Made by a program: the position numbers and the translations under genes | NCBI RefSeq assembly: GCF_030144855.1 | Contig: NC_082721.1 | Location: forward strand, 20,956,001 to 21,020,000 | From: Hypanus sabinus | Taxonomy: Eukaryota | Length of the DNA: 64,000 nt | Reading direction: 5' to 3' | The notes under the pieces: model-generated | Database searches by the model: none | Seen by the model: the letters and a program-made list of their open reading frames with translations, nothing else | What the model was told of the DNA's origin: nothing | Shown here: positions 10,880 through 23,203 of the stretch, one piece after another | Layout of the letters: the number at the start of each line of letters is the position of its first letter | Position numbering within the stretch: position 1 is the stretch's first letter

Positions 10880-11570
10880 TATAAGATAAGATAAAACCTT
10901 ATTTATCCCAAAGGGAACTATTGTTGCAAGGTTATTCAGTCAGAAATATATACTTTAAAATACGAAATGTAAGCATCGAGGTCTAAAAAGTACAAAATAT
11001 CCATTAAAGAATAAAAGCGAAAAACAGAGATGTGCAATGAAACCATATACTTAAAGAGGAGGAGTTGTAGAGTCTTATTGCCACAGGGAGAAAGGAACCT
11101 GTGGCGATCAGTGGTACACCTCAGTGGAATCAGTCTGTTGCTAAAGGAGCTCCTCTGTTTGTCCTGTATGTCATGGAGGGGGTGAGAGGGATTGTCCATA
11201 ATGCTCCGTAGCTTCTGCAGCATCCTCATCTCAGACACAAACACTAGAGAATCCAGTTCCACCCCCAGAACAGAATCAGCCTTCCTGACAAGCTTACCGA
11301 TTTTCTTGCTACCCGCTGCCCTCACCCTGCTGCCCCAGCACACCGCAGCATAGAATAGAATGCTGGCCACCACTGACTTGTAGAACATTGGCAGACATTG
11401 AGCTCCTCAGGAAGTACAGAGCCTCTGTATTTTTAGTATAGTTCAGTTTAATGATCAGGTGAGTTCCCAGGTATTTGCAGTCCCAGACAACTTACACATC
11501 CATTCCCTTGATGGAGATGGGAATGCAGGGTGTTTTCACCTTCCTGAAGTTCACCACCTTTGTCTTAGTC
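10880..11570 (-). mobile_element. Rex1/Babar LINE 3' fragment
   Basis: MFYKSVVASILFYAAVCWGS...IMDNPSHPLH, homologous to the 9285-9953 ORF. (TCTTA)n tail. Confidence 0.9.
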
Positions 11571-11962
11571 ATCATGCACTCCGTGCCACTGGACCCTGTC
11601 AAGGACCATGTGGTGGCTGCCTGTGAATCAGCTTCCGCACATTAAACAAAGTCACGCTCAGGCATTCTCCACGTTTGTGGATCCCTACAATCATCTGAAG
11701 GCCCACCAATAGACAACCACTTTGGATAACATCATGATCACTATAACTTCTCATATCAGGAAAAACATAGAGCAAACTGACTTCATACAGAAGTCTATGA
11801 GTGTGATAGAACCTTCATAGTCTATCCAGTGTGCCCATCCACAGCCACAATACTTATGGACCATAGTTTAATGACTTCCTACATCATCTACATCATATAA
11901 AATTATGATGGGTATAGATGGCGTGAATGAATCTGGTAGAAGCAAAGGATGTTAAGAATGGT

Positions 11963-12135
11963 GAGGGTGGAGCACCGTGGGTGGGGTGTGGGACAAATGT
12001 CAAAGAAGGAGTTCCAGGGCAGGGGGTGGCACAACGCAGGCATACCCAACCCCGAGACAGCAGGCAAGGTCATTTGATTCCAAACAATTGGTTTATTGAT
12101 CATTACAGAATGTCTCTCTGGTGTTTTGTTTGGCC
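11963..12135 (-). repeat. Possible LTR fragment
   Basis: GC-rich block with AATAAA on minus (tgatcaataaacc). No TSD found. Confidence 0.25.
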
Positions 12136-12261
12136 ATATTCAGCAAGTGATCACATGGTAAAAGCTGGAGGGGTAAGTTATTGCCAAAAAATATCCTACC
12201 TGATGTCTTATTTGTGAACAGATATTTCACTGAGTTACATATATTGAAATTGCACAGCTGA

Positions 12262-12340
12262 TATCTCTGTATAATATATATATATACAGAGAGAGAGAGA
12301 GAGTCATATATATATATATATATATATATATATGACTCTC
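12262..12340. repeat. (TA)n/(GA)n microsatellite cluster forming two adjacent palindromes
   Basis: ctctgtata..tatacagag and gagagtca(ta)n tgactctc. Confidence 0.9.
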
Positions 12341-13579
12341 TTGTTTCTGCAAATGTGAGAAGATTTTCACTTTGTAATTATCTGAGCAGATGCAGCCTGC
12401 CAGACACAATTTGTAAATCAGTTTGTTAAATTAGCTTTTCTCTGAAGTAACTGCTAATGCAGTCAGCTGACTAATCATACTCATAAGCTTTCTGAAGATC
12501 AAAGATAAGATAGAGCAAAATAAAGTGATAATAACTTTGTCAGCGGGGAGGGAATTGGGGAAGGAGTGGTTAGGGATGAGTGAGGCCAATAAATATTTCC
12601 CAATGTTCCCATTACTGACCACCTAGGTATTCCTGCTGCCTTTGCCCCAGCACTACAAAAAATAACCTACATATAGACAACACAGTTAACATTGAGGAAC
12701 ATTACTAACCATGTTAAAAGAGTATTATGAGGCACAGTTTCCCATGAACCATGAAGTGGATGATGGGAGAAACCATTACAGAGCTTCAAAACTGTGCCAT
12801 TGATAAAACGATTAATATGGGAAAGGATGGAGGTGGAAGTGGGCTGCGACCATAAAGAGTTCCCACAACATATTTTGCCATTTGGTCAAATCATAAATGC
12901 CTCCTTACCTGAGATCTGCTTTCCCTTGATTTCAAACATTCAAAGTACATTTATTATAGAAGTATGTATGCAGTATACGACCCTGAGATTTGTCTTCCCA
13001 CAGACCATCATGAAACAAAGAAAACCCTGGAACCCATTCAAAGGAAAGTATCAAATGCAGCCCCCCCCCATACAAAACAAAACAAGTGCAAACTACAGAA
13101 TTCAAAACATTTTCAGAATTCAAAACACTACAGAATTCACTTTCGTAAAGCTCAGTTCAGTACAGCATTACATCACTCATTCTCCATCTAACTAAAAATC
13201 TATGAATCATATTCAGTGAATCACTCTTGCTGGGACATTCTCTAAGTTCACTATAGTTTGAATAACGAATTTTCTTTTCATGGTTGCCCTAGTCTCTTAT
13301 TGTGAGAATTTGGGGAACTGTTACTCTACTCCAAGCCAAAAGAAACATTTTCCCACTATTATCCTGTTAAATCCCCATGAAAACGTCTCATGTTTCAATG
13401 AGAAATTGGCTTTGATACATCCCACATTTAAATTACCCCAGGGACCCCAAGTAGGTACAAGAGCAAGGAGCAATCTACGATGCCAGAGGGGTAGGCTGAA
13501 GAGGCAAGGAAAAATATGAGATTAACAAAGAGCTTTCAAAAAGTGTACATCAATCTGTAAACTATGAAACTGGTATTGA

Positions 13580-14460
13580 ATTCAGAATCAAAATCAGGCT
13601 TATTATCTCTGTGCAATTTGTGGTTTCGAGCAGCAGTACAATGCAAAGACATAAAGTTACAATAGATATAACTACAGGATGAATATAATGCAAGAAAAGG
13701 AATAATGAGGTCATGTTCATGTGGTCATGGAACATTCAGATATCTGATCAAGGAGGGGAATGAGCTGTTTCTGTATCGTGGAGTGCAAGTCTTCAGGCTG
13801 ACGCTGATGGCCATAACACAAAGATGGCATGTCCTGGATGGTGAGGGTCTTTAATGATGGATTCATCTTTTTGATGTAATTCCTCTTTAAGCTCTTCTTG
13901 ACGCTCAGCAGTATTGCGCCCGCATAGAAGCCTAACTGAGTCTACAACCCTCTGCAAACCCCTGTGATCCTGTGCATTGGAGTCTCCACGTCAGGTTGTA
14001 ATACAGTCAATATGCTCTCCTCCAAAATTTTATAGAAATTTGCACGAGTCTTTGGTGACACAGCAAATCTCCTTTAATTCCTAATGAAGTGCTGGCATGC
14101 TTTCTTCATGACTGCATCAACGTGTTAGGTGAGCCATGAACAGCTCCTCAGAGATGTTGGCACCCAGGAACAGAAAGCTGCTTAACCTTTCCACCAATGA
14201 CCACTCAATGAGGACTGGTGTGTCTTCTCCTGCCTTCCCCTTCCTGAAGTTCAGAATTAAATCCTTGGCTTTCTGATGCTCAGTGCGAGGTTGCTGTCGC
14301 AATGCCACTCAAACAACTGATCGAGAACACTCCTGCATGTCTCCTCGTCGCCATCTGTGATTCTACATCAGTGGTGGCATCTTGGATTTTAAAAATGGCA
14401 CTTGAGCTGTGCATAGCTACCCACAGTCACAGTAGAGAGAACAGAGCCATGGGCTTAGAG
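13580..14460 (-). mobile_element. Rex1/Babar LINE fragment, decayed
   Basis: KAKDLILNFRKGK...VERLSSFLFLGANISEEL. Tail gaattcagaatcaaaatcagg at ~13578-13600. Confidence 0.8.
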
Positions 14461-15274
14461 TGAAAGAATGTTCCCATTAGGCATTCATCGAAAGTATAAA
14501 ATTAACTGAAGAGGAAAAAATAAAAAAGGAAGGAAGTAATACATTAAGCAGACATGTTTAGGGAATTTGTGGTCAATGTTTCCACTCTGTGATCCGTGGT
14601 GTCTGGGAACTGAGGCACAAGAAGCGGATAATGATGAAACTGTTTGAATACTCAGCATTGCCTTTAACCCTCACTGCTACAGTCATTCTCAAAGCATTCG
14701 CCTATTTGAGACACTACTGTTGTCCAGTTTCAGTACTTTGCTGGATTTGTTAAACATTTTGTTTCAGCAGTATTCAAAGTTCAAAGTTATCAAAGTATGT
14801 ATCCATCTCCTTACCGGCAGCCACAAAACAGAGGAACGCAAAAGAACCCATAAAAAGAAGAAGACTGCCAAACACACAAGGTGCAGAGAGAAAAAAAAAA
14901 TCAACTCGTGCTAACAATAGAAGTAAGCAAATAGCATTCAGAGCAAAAGTGAGTCCACGGGCAGAAAGCCCAGAGCAGCCGCAGAAGGCACAGCCCCAGT
15001 TCAGCACAGAGCTGAGTACATCTTGTGGAGGAGAGAGCAAAACAGGCCTCTGGTCCCCACACTCTGCCTTTTCAATCTGGCCCATTGCTTACATGTGCAC
15101 CAGAGTAAAATCATATCACCAGGCCCGTTGTCAGGTAGGCATAGGAGGCAAACTATCACAATGGCAGCAGACACATGTACAGAACCACACTGTCTTCACC
15201 AGTGAATGATTCTCGTGCAGTGAAAAGTACATCCATCACAAGCTGATAGCGAAGAGATTGTAAAATATCTGGTT

Positions 15275-16520
15275 GGCTAAGTAGTGGACATGGCCCAGTC
15301 CATCACAGGTAAAGCCCTCCTCACCACTGAGCAAAAATACGTGAAGCACAATCACAGGAAAGCAACACCCGTCATCCATCAGGAAGAAGGTAGAGGAGCC
15401 TCCAGAACCTCTCCAGCAGGCTCAGGAACAGTTATCACCCCTCAGAACCAGAGGGGTTAACTTCACTAAACGCCACTTGCCACGTTACTGAAATGTTCCC
15501 ACAACTGAAGGATTCACTTTCAAGGACACTACATCTCGCATTCGCAATATTTATTGCTTATTTATGTAATACTATTATTTATATTTTTCTTTTGCATTTG
15601 CATAGTATGTTGTCTTTTGCTCATTGGTTATTATCCATTCTGTTGTGCAGTTTCTCATTAATTCCATTATGTTTCAAGTCAAGTCAAGTCACTTTTATTG
15701 TCATTTTGACCATAACTGCTGGTACAGTACACAATAAAAATGAGACAACATTTTTCAGGACCACGGTGTTACATGACACAGTACAAAAACTAGACTGAAC
15801 TACATAAAAAAAAAAATAACAACAACACGGAGAAAGCTACACTAGACTACAGACCTACACAGGACTACATAAAGTTCACAAAAACAGTGCAGGCATTACA
15901 ATAAATAATAAACAGGATAGTAGGGCAAGGTGTCAATCCAGGCTTCGGGTATTGAAGAGCCTGATAGCTTGGGAGAAGAAACTGTTACATAGTCTGGTCG
16001 TGAGAGCCCAAATGCTTCGGAGCCTTTTCCCAGATGGCAGAAGGGAGAAGAGATTGTATGAGGGGTGCATGGGGTCCTTCATAATGCTGTTTGCTTTGCG
16101 GATGCAGCATGTAGTGTAAACGTCCGTGATGGCAGGAAGAGAGATCCCGATGATCTTCTCAGCTGACCTCACTATCCATTGCAGGGTCTTGCAATCTGAG
16201 ATGGTGCAATTTCCGAACCAGGCAGTGATGCAGTTGCTCAGGATGCTCTCAATACAACCCCCGTAGAATGTGATGAGGATGGGGGGTGGGAGATGGACTT
16301 TGTTCAGCCTTCGCAGAAAGTAGAGATGGTACTGGGCTTTCTTTGCTATGGAGCTGGTGTTGAGAGACCAGGTGAGATTCTCCGTCAGGTGAACACCAAG
16401 AAATTTGGTGCTTGTAAATCTTGGATTTACTGAGTATGCACGCAAGGCAATAAATTTCAGGGTTGTATATGGTGACATTTATGTACTTTGATAATAAATT
16501 GACTCTGAACTTTGAACTTT
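15275..16520 (+). mobile_element. Rex1-type 3' end (host), split by an antisense insertion
   Basis: Tail consensus ...ccattatgtttc | ttggatttactgagtatgc... resumes at ~16420 and ends in (TTTGAAC)n. Confidence 0.75.
15675..16418 (-). mobile_element. Young Rex1/Babar LINE 3' fragment nested in a Rex1 tail
   Basis: STKFLGVHLTENLTWSLNTSSIAKKAQYHLYFLRRL...NSFFSQAIRLFN. (TTGAC)n tail at 15675-15690. Confidence 0.92.
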
Positions 16521-16759
16521 TAAAGAGACTGGTTCAGTCTAAATGCTTGGGTGTTATTAACTTGAAAGTCCTGATAATATCAAGATCCTAAATACTCATT
16601 TCAACTGGCAGTAACTGTAAAGAGAGTGAAGATGATCTTTCACCAGAAGCTTTCATCTATTTTTGTTTCAAGTCTCAAGCATCAGCAGTTCTTTGCTCTT
16701 CTTCCATAATTTACAATTCCTTATAATTCTCTTAATATTCTCCTACAACTGACAATTCG

Positions 16760-16965
16760 AGTGGCATAGTAGCATTGTGTTTACCGTGACAGTGACCCAG
16801 GTTCAAATCCGCCACTGTTTGTAAGGAGTTTGTACATTCTTCCCGTGACCTTATGGATTTCCTCCTATATTCGAGACATATTGTTTAGTAGGTCAATAGG
16901 TCATTGGTTGTCACAAGTTCAATTGGCTGGAAGGTCCTGCTACTGTGCTGTATCCCTAAGTAAAA
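16760..16965 (+). mobile_element. V-domain tRNA-SINE
   Basis: B-box-like ccaggttcaaatcc, then gtttgtaaggagtttgtacattct. Confidence 0.7.
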
Positions 16966-17064
16966 AGAACAAACTACAGATCTGAGGCCAACATGGCTAG
17001 AGACAGGCGTGCTATGCATTTTTTAAAAATGCATTTTATTTATAAACATTAGATGTGCACAATA

Positions 17065-17592
17065 CACTCAGTGTCCACTTTATTAGGTATGCCAGTACAC
17101 CTGCTCGTTAATACAAATATCTAATTAGCCAATCATGTGGCAGCAACTCAATGCAGAAAAGCATGCAGACATGGTCAAGAGATTCAGTTTGTTATTCTAA
17201 CCAAATATCAGATTCGGGATGAAATGTGATCTAAGTTATTTAGGCCACGGAATGATTGGTTTTGCTAGACAGAATGGTTTGAATATCTCAGAAGCTGCTG
17301 ATTTTTTTGGGATTTTCACACACAACAGTCACTAGAGATTACAGAGTATGGTGCAAAAAACAAAGAAAGATCCAGTGAGGGGCAGTCTGAGGGCAAAAAC
17401 GCTATGTTAATGAGAGGTCAGAGGAGAAAGGCCATACTGGTTCAAGCTGACAGGAAGGTGACAGTAACTCAAGTGACCATACATTACAACAGCAGTGTGC
17501 AGAAGAACATCCCTGAGTGCACAACACGTTCAACCTTGAAGTGCATGGCCGACAGGAACAGAAGGTCACAAACATGCACTCAGTGGGCACTA
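17065..17592 (+). mobile_element. Tc1-like non-autonomous transposon, right end truncated next to a CR1
   Basis: TA|cactcagtgtccactttattaggta; GQRRKAILVQADRKVTVTQVTIHYNS. An internal TIR copy sits at 17577-17592. Confidence 0.88.
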
Positions 17593-17659
17593 TACGCTAG
17601 CTCACCACGATGCACCTTTTACTGGCTTTCCAAAGCCGGTGAGCTGAGAGCAGGTTTGG

Positions 17660-20600
17660 GGGTAATGGTATGTTCTTTGTGTGAGATGTGGGAACTCTGA
17701 GAGACATCAGTCTTTCTGATAACGACATCTGTAAGAAGTGCATCAAACTGCAGCTCCTTAAAGACTGTGTCAAGGAAATGGAACAGCACCTCAATGACCT
17801 TCGGTTCACATGGGACAACAAGGAGATGATAGATAGGAGCTACCAGGAAGTTTCAGGAAGCAGGTACCTGGGTGACTGGCAATAGGCAGCCAATACGGAG
17901 CACACCTGTGGTCGTTAATAGTAAGCATACCACTATGGATATTGTTTGGGTGGACTACCAAACGGGGGAGACTGCAGAAACCAGATCTCTGGCTCTGTGC
18001 CTCAGAGGGGAAGGGGGAAAGAAGAGAAGCTCAGTTGTGATAATGGATTCCATAATTAGAGAAGCAGAAAACAGATTCTGTGGATGTGAAGGAGGTACCC
18101 GGATGGCACGTTGCCTCCCAGGTGGCAGCGTCCACAGAGTTCTAAAGGGGAAGGGTGAACAGCCGGATGTCATGGTACATATTGGTACTAATAACATAGT
18201 AGGTAGGAAGAGAGAGGAGGTCCTGAAGAGAGAATATAAGGAGTTAGGCAGAAAGCTGAAAAACAGCACCTCCAGGGGAATAACCTCTGGATTGCTGCCT
18301 GTGCCACAAGCCAGTGAGGTTAAGAATAGGATGATTTGGCAGATGAATGCACGACTGAAGAATTGGTGCAGGGGGCATGATTTCAGATTTATTGATCATT
18401 GGGATCTCTTCTGGGAAGGTATGACCTGTACAAAAAGGATAGGTTACACCTAGACCTGAAGGGGACCTATATCCTTGCAGGCAGGATTGCCAGAGCTGTG
18501 AGAAGGGTTTAAGCGAATTTGGTGGGGGGGGGGGGTGATGTGGGAACCAGGGTGAGAGGGCAGATGATGGGGCAGTTGGTATACAACTAAATGCGGTATG
18601 TAGTGAGACTGTGAGGAAGAGCAGGCTGATAATAGAGCAAGACCGTAGTCAGTTGGATGGGCTTTAATGTAACAAGACCTCAATCAAAATGGACTGGAGG
18701 TGTTATATTTGAATGCACGTCATATACAGAATAAGGCAAATGAGCTTGCAGCACAGTTAGAGATTGGCAAGTATGATGTTGTGAACATCTCTGTGTTGTG
18801 GCTGAAAGCAGATCATAGCTGGGAGTGTAACATCCAAGGATACACATTACATTGAAAGGACGGGCAGGTAGGCAGAGGGGGTTGGGTGGCTCTGTTGGTA
18901 AAAAATGAAATAAGATCTTTAGAAAAAGGTAATATAGAATACAAAGATGTAGAATCCTTGTGGGTAGAGTTAAGAAACTGCAAGGGTGAAAATACTCTGA
19001 TGGGAGATTTATACAGACCTCTAAACAGTAGCCAGGATGCGGGCTAGGGAGGGGCAATGTTGCGATAACCATGGGAGGATTTCAAAATGCAGGTAGATTG
19101 GGAAAATCCAGTTGGTGCTGGACCCTAAGAGAGGGAATTTGTAGAATCCCTTGACTTGGCATTTTAGAGTAGCTTGTTGTTGAGCCCATGAGGGGAACAG
19201 CAATTCTGGATCATAAGTTATCTAATAACACAGATTTGATTAGGAAGCTTAAGGTAAACGAACCCTTAGGAGACAGTTATCATAATATGATAGAATTCGC
19301 CCTGCGAATTGAGAAGGTGAAGCTAAAACTGGGTTTATCAATATTATGGTGCAATAAAGGGAATTACAGAGACACGAGAGAGAAACTAACCAAAGTTGAT
19401 TGGAAGAGGACACTAGCAGGGGTGATGGCAGAACAGCAAGGGCTGGTGTTTCTGAGGGAACATTCAGAAGGGACAGCAAAGGTACATCCCAAGGATGAAG
19501 AAGTATCTTAAAGGGAAAGTGACAAGGTTGACAAGGGAAGTCAAAGACAGCATAAACTCTAAAGAGAGGGCATATAATACAGCAACAATTAGTGATAAGG
19601 TAGAGGATTGGGAAGCTTTTAACAACCAACAAAAGGAAACTAAAAAGCCATCAGGAAATTAAAGATAAAATATGATGGCAAGTTAGCCAGCAATATAAAA
19701 TAGGATATCAAAAGCTTTTATTCAGATATATAAAGAGCAAATGAGAGACAAGAGTGGATATTAGCCTGCTGGAAAAGTATGCTGGAGAGGTAGCAATGGG
19801 GTTAAAGAAATGTCAGATGAACTGAATAACTATTGTGTATCAGTCTTCTCCGTGGAAGACACTAGCAGAATGTGAAAAGTACGAGCGTGTCAGCAGGTAG
19901 AAGTGAGTTTCATTGCTGTTACTAAAAGGTGTTTGAGAATCTGAGAAGTCTGAAGGGAGGTTAGTGACCTGGAGCAGATGGTTGACACCATAGAGTTCTG
20001 AAAGAGGTGGCTGAAGAGATTGTGGAGGCATTAGTAATGATCTTTCAAGAATCACTAGATTCTGGAATGGTTCCAGGGGAACGGGAAGATTGGAGATGTC
20101 ACACCACTCTTTAAAGAGGGAAAGAGGAAGAAGAAATGAAATTGCAGACCATTTAGCCTGACTTCAGTGGTTGGGAGGGTGTTAGAGTCAATTATTAAGG
20201 ATGAGGTTTAAGGGTCCTTGGAGATGCAGGATAAAATGGGCAAAAGTCAGCATGGTTTCCTTAAGGGGAAATATTGTCTGACAAATCTGTTGGAACTCTT
20301 TGAGGATATAACAAGCAGGATAGACAAAGGAGAGTCAGTGGATGTTGTTTATTTAGATTTCCAGAAAGCCTTTGACAAGGGGCTGCACATGAGGCTGCTT
20401 ATTAAGGTAAGAGCCTGTGGTATTACAGGAAAGATTATAACATGGACAGAAGATTGGCTGATTGGCAGGAGACAAAGAGTAGGGGTGAAGGAAGCCTAAT
20501 CTGGTTAGCTGCAGGTGACAAGTAACGTTCCACAGGGGTTGGTATTGGGACCACTCTTTTTCATGTTATATGCCAATGATTTGGATGATGAAATTGATGG

Positions 20601-21378
20601 CTTTGTGGCCAAGTTTGCAGATGATACAGAGGTAACTGGAGGGTCAAGCGGTACTGTGGAAGCAGTGAGTGAGCAGAAAGACTTGAACAGATTGGAAGGA
20701 TGAGCAAAGAGGTAGCAGATGGAATATATTACAGAAAATTATATGGTCATGCACTTTGGTAGATGGAATAAAGGCAAAGATTATTTTCTAAATGGTGAGA
20801 AAATTCAAAAATAAGAGCTGCAAATGGACTTGCAAGTTTTTGTGAGCAGTTTTTGGCCCATTATCTAGAAAAGGTGTGCTGGCATTAGAGAGGATCGAAA
20901 GGAGGTTCATGACAATGAGTCCAGGAATGAAAAGATTAACATATAAGGAGTATGTGTTAGCACTGGGTCTGTACTTGCAGTAGTTTGGAAGAAAGGTGGG
21001 TGGTAGTGGGGGGGTGGTTCTCATTGAAGCGAATCAAATATTGAAAGGCCTAGAAAGAGCTGATGTGGAGAGGATGTTTTCTATAATAGGGAAGCTTCGG
21101 TCCAGAGGTCACAGCAGAATTGAGGGATATCCATTTAGAACAGAGATGAGGGAAAATTTCTTTAGCCAAAGAGTGGTGGAGTCTGTGCAGGCCAAGTTAA
21201 TAGGTATACTTAAGGTGGATGTTTATAGGTTCTTGATTAATCAGCTCATCAGGGAGAAGACAGGAGAATGGGGTTAACAGCGATAAAGAAATCAGCCATG
21301 ATGGATTGGTGGAGAAGACTCATTAGGCCAAATATTCTAGTTCTGTTCTTATGTCTTATGGTTCTATGGTGTTATGGT
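17660..21378 (+). mobile_element. Near-full-length decayed CR1 (HER1-like) LINE: ORF1 zinc finger + SGNH esterase, ORF2 APE + RT
   Basis: CSLCEMWE...CKKCIKLQ; DSIIR, CLPG, VHIGTNN, DHWDLFW; EPLGDSYHNMIEF; SQHGFLKGKYCLTNLLE, VDVVYLDFQKAFDK, VPQGLVLGP, KFADDT; (TTATGG)-like tail. Many stops and frameshifts. Confidence 0.95.
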
Positions 21379-21454
21379 CAAACCAATCTACTGAGAAATG
21401 ATGCCTCACTCAGTACGTCACTGTTAGACTTTCAACTAAAACTAGGATGAGCGA

Positions 21455-21915
21455 ACATATCACTCTCATCCTGACTACTCTGCATTGGCTTCCAGGATCT
21501 TTTAGAAATGATCTTAAACTTCTCTAACTTATCTTTGAAGGTCTAGGATTGGAGTACATCACAGAACCGTTTTCATTTTATAATCCTGCTTGAGCTCTCA
21601 TGTTTTCTTCCACCTGTCTCTTAAATTCAAACAATCTTCCTCAAAAGATAGTTGGCAGGTCAGCTTATTTGATCTGTGCTCTTAAACTGTGGATGTCAAT
21701 ACCTAAAACTAAAAGGGATGTAGACTCAGTTGACACTTAACTGCCAGCTCAAAACCTATTTCCTTAACATTGCTTTTAACTGACAACTTTTTGTCTTTTA
21801 TTTTCATGTTTATTTTTATTTCATGTTTGCACTTAATCCCATTGTAAAACATGTTGAACTACATTGTCTGTATGAAAAGTATTTGATAAATTAAGTGATT
21901 TATTATTATTATTAT
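21455..21915 (+). mobile_element. L2 LINE 3' fragment
   Basis: HITLILTTLHWLPGSFRNDLK (HITP..LHWLP motif). (ATT)n tail. Confidence 0.8.
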
Positions 21916-21917
21916 TT

Positions 21918-22938
21918 ATTTTTTTACCACCTCATGCTGGTAACACCTGAGGCATGGGCATAGCCAAGCACAATCATTTGTTAACTGCGAGGAACTTTCA
22001 GACTACTCTAGTGGCATTTAGTATTGTGGCTTTCTGAACATTTACATAGATGTTGCTGTGTGGCCCTAATTGTTTAATGCTTTTGTGTAGTGCCTTTGGG
22101 ATGGCACCAATTGTAGATATAACTATGGGACAATGTATACCCTGTTCATGTTCCATTGTCTTTCAATTTCCTCTTTTAATTCAGCATATTTCTGGTGCTT
22201 TTTCACTTATTGATTTGTGTATGTTATATATGTTTGGAGTAGCTATACCTATTAAGTAAGTTGTTCTTATTTGTTCATCCTATCATATTATATCTGGACG
22301 ATTATTATGCATTATCTTATCTGTAATAACGGATCAGTCGTAATATAATTTGTAGGATTCTGACTCTAAAACTGAATCAGGCTTGTATTTGTTGTAAGAT
22401 ATGATGTCTTTTATGAGTTTGTATTTTAAAGCAAGATTTTGAATGATGATGTTTGACACTTGATTGTGCTTGTGTAACTAATCAGATTGAGTTAAACTGC
22501 TGCAGGATCTTATAATATGTTTGATTTTTTTTTCTGGTTTCTTTTGGTATTTTCTGCATTTATCATCCTGAATTTTTTGGTCTATTTTCTGCTTTTGATA
22601 AATTTTTGTGTTAACCACCTGGTCCTGTCTTGCCATAAGGAACCCCTGTAATGCTGAGAGGAGGTCTCCTACTCTGAGTTAGGCATTGAATGCTTCCTTG
22701 TTGACATCTAATCTGCTCAGTTCGTGAGGATGTCTTCCATGGAGGGTTATGCTCTTCCACAGGCTAACCTTTTCCAAACTGTTGCGCATTCATTTAAGTT
22801 TACCGGTGTGTACTTCTTATCGGAATTGCATACGCTCATGTGGAGTACTAAGTCCTACTTTCATTGATGAAAATATTTCTTTAGAAGTTCCTCTAGTCTG
22901 CTCAGATCATGGGGATGTCTTCCACAGAGAGTCATGCT
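21918..22938 (-). mobile_element. R4/Dong-clade non-LTR retrotransposon 3' part (CCHC remnant + restriction-like endonuclease)
   Basis: Manual minus-strand translation across frameshifts: LHGRHP...QGFLMARQDQVVNTK...DDKCR...HIIRSC...HNQV...YKLYYD*SVITDKIMHNNRPDII...QKYAELKEEIERQW...PIVISTIGAIPK...QKATILNATRVV*KFL. Confidence 0.88.
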
Positions 22939-23203
22939 NNNNNNNNNNNNNNNNNNNNNNNNNNNNNNNNNNNNNNNNNNNNNNNNNNNNNNNNNNNNNN
23001 NNNNNNNNNNNNNNNNNNNNNNNNNNNNNNNNNNNNNNNNNNNNNNNNNNNNNNNNNNNNNNNNNNNNNNNNNNNNNNNNNNNNNNNNNNNNNNNNNNNN
23101 NNNNNNNNNNNNNNNNNNNNNNNNNNNNNNNNNNNNNNNNNNNNNNNNNNNNNNNNNNNNNNNNNNNNNNNNNNNNNNNNNNNNNNNNNNNNNNNNNNNN
23201 NNN
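22939..23203. other. Assembly gap (265 N)
   Basis: Run of N. Confidence 1.

Noticed and set aside
16760-16830. tRNA-like A/B boxes here and at ~24700, 26890 and 28010
   Set aside because: SINE heads; no cloverleaf.
17872-18453. SGNH hydrolase-like ORF as a host lipase gene
   Set aside because: It is CR1 ORF1, followed by decayed APE/RT.
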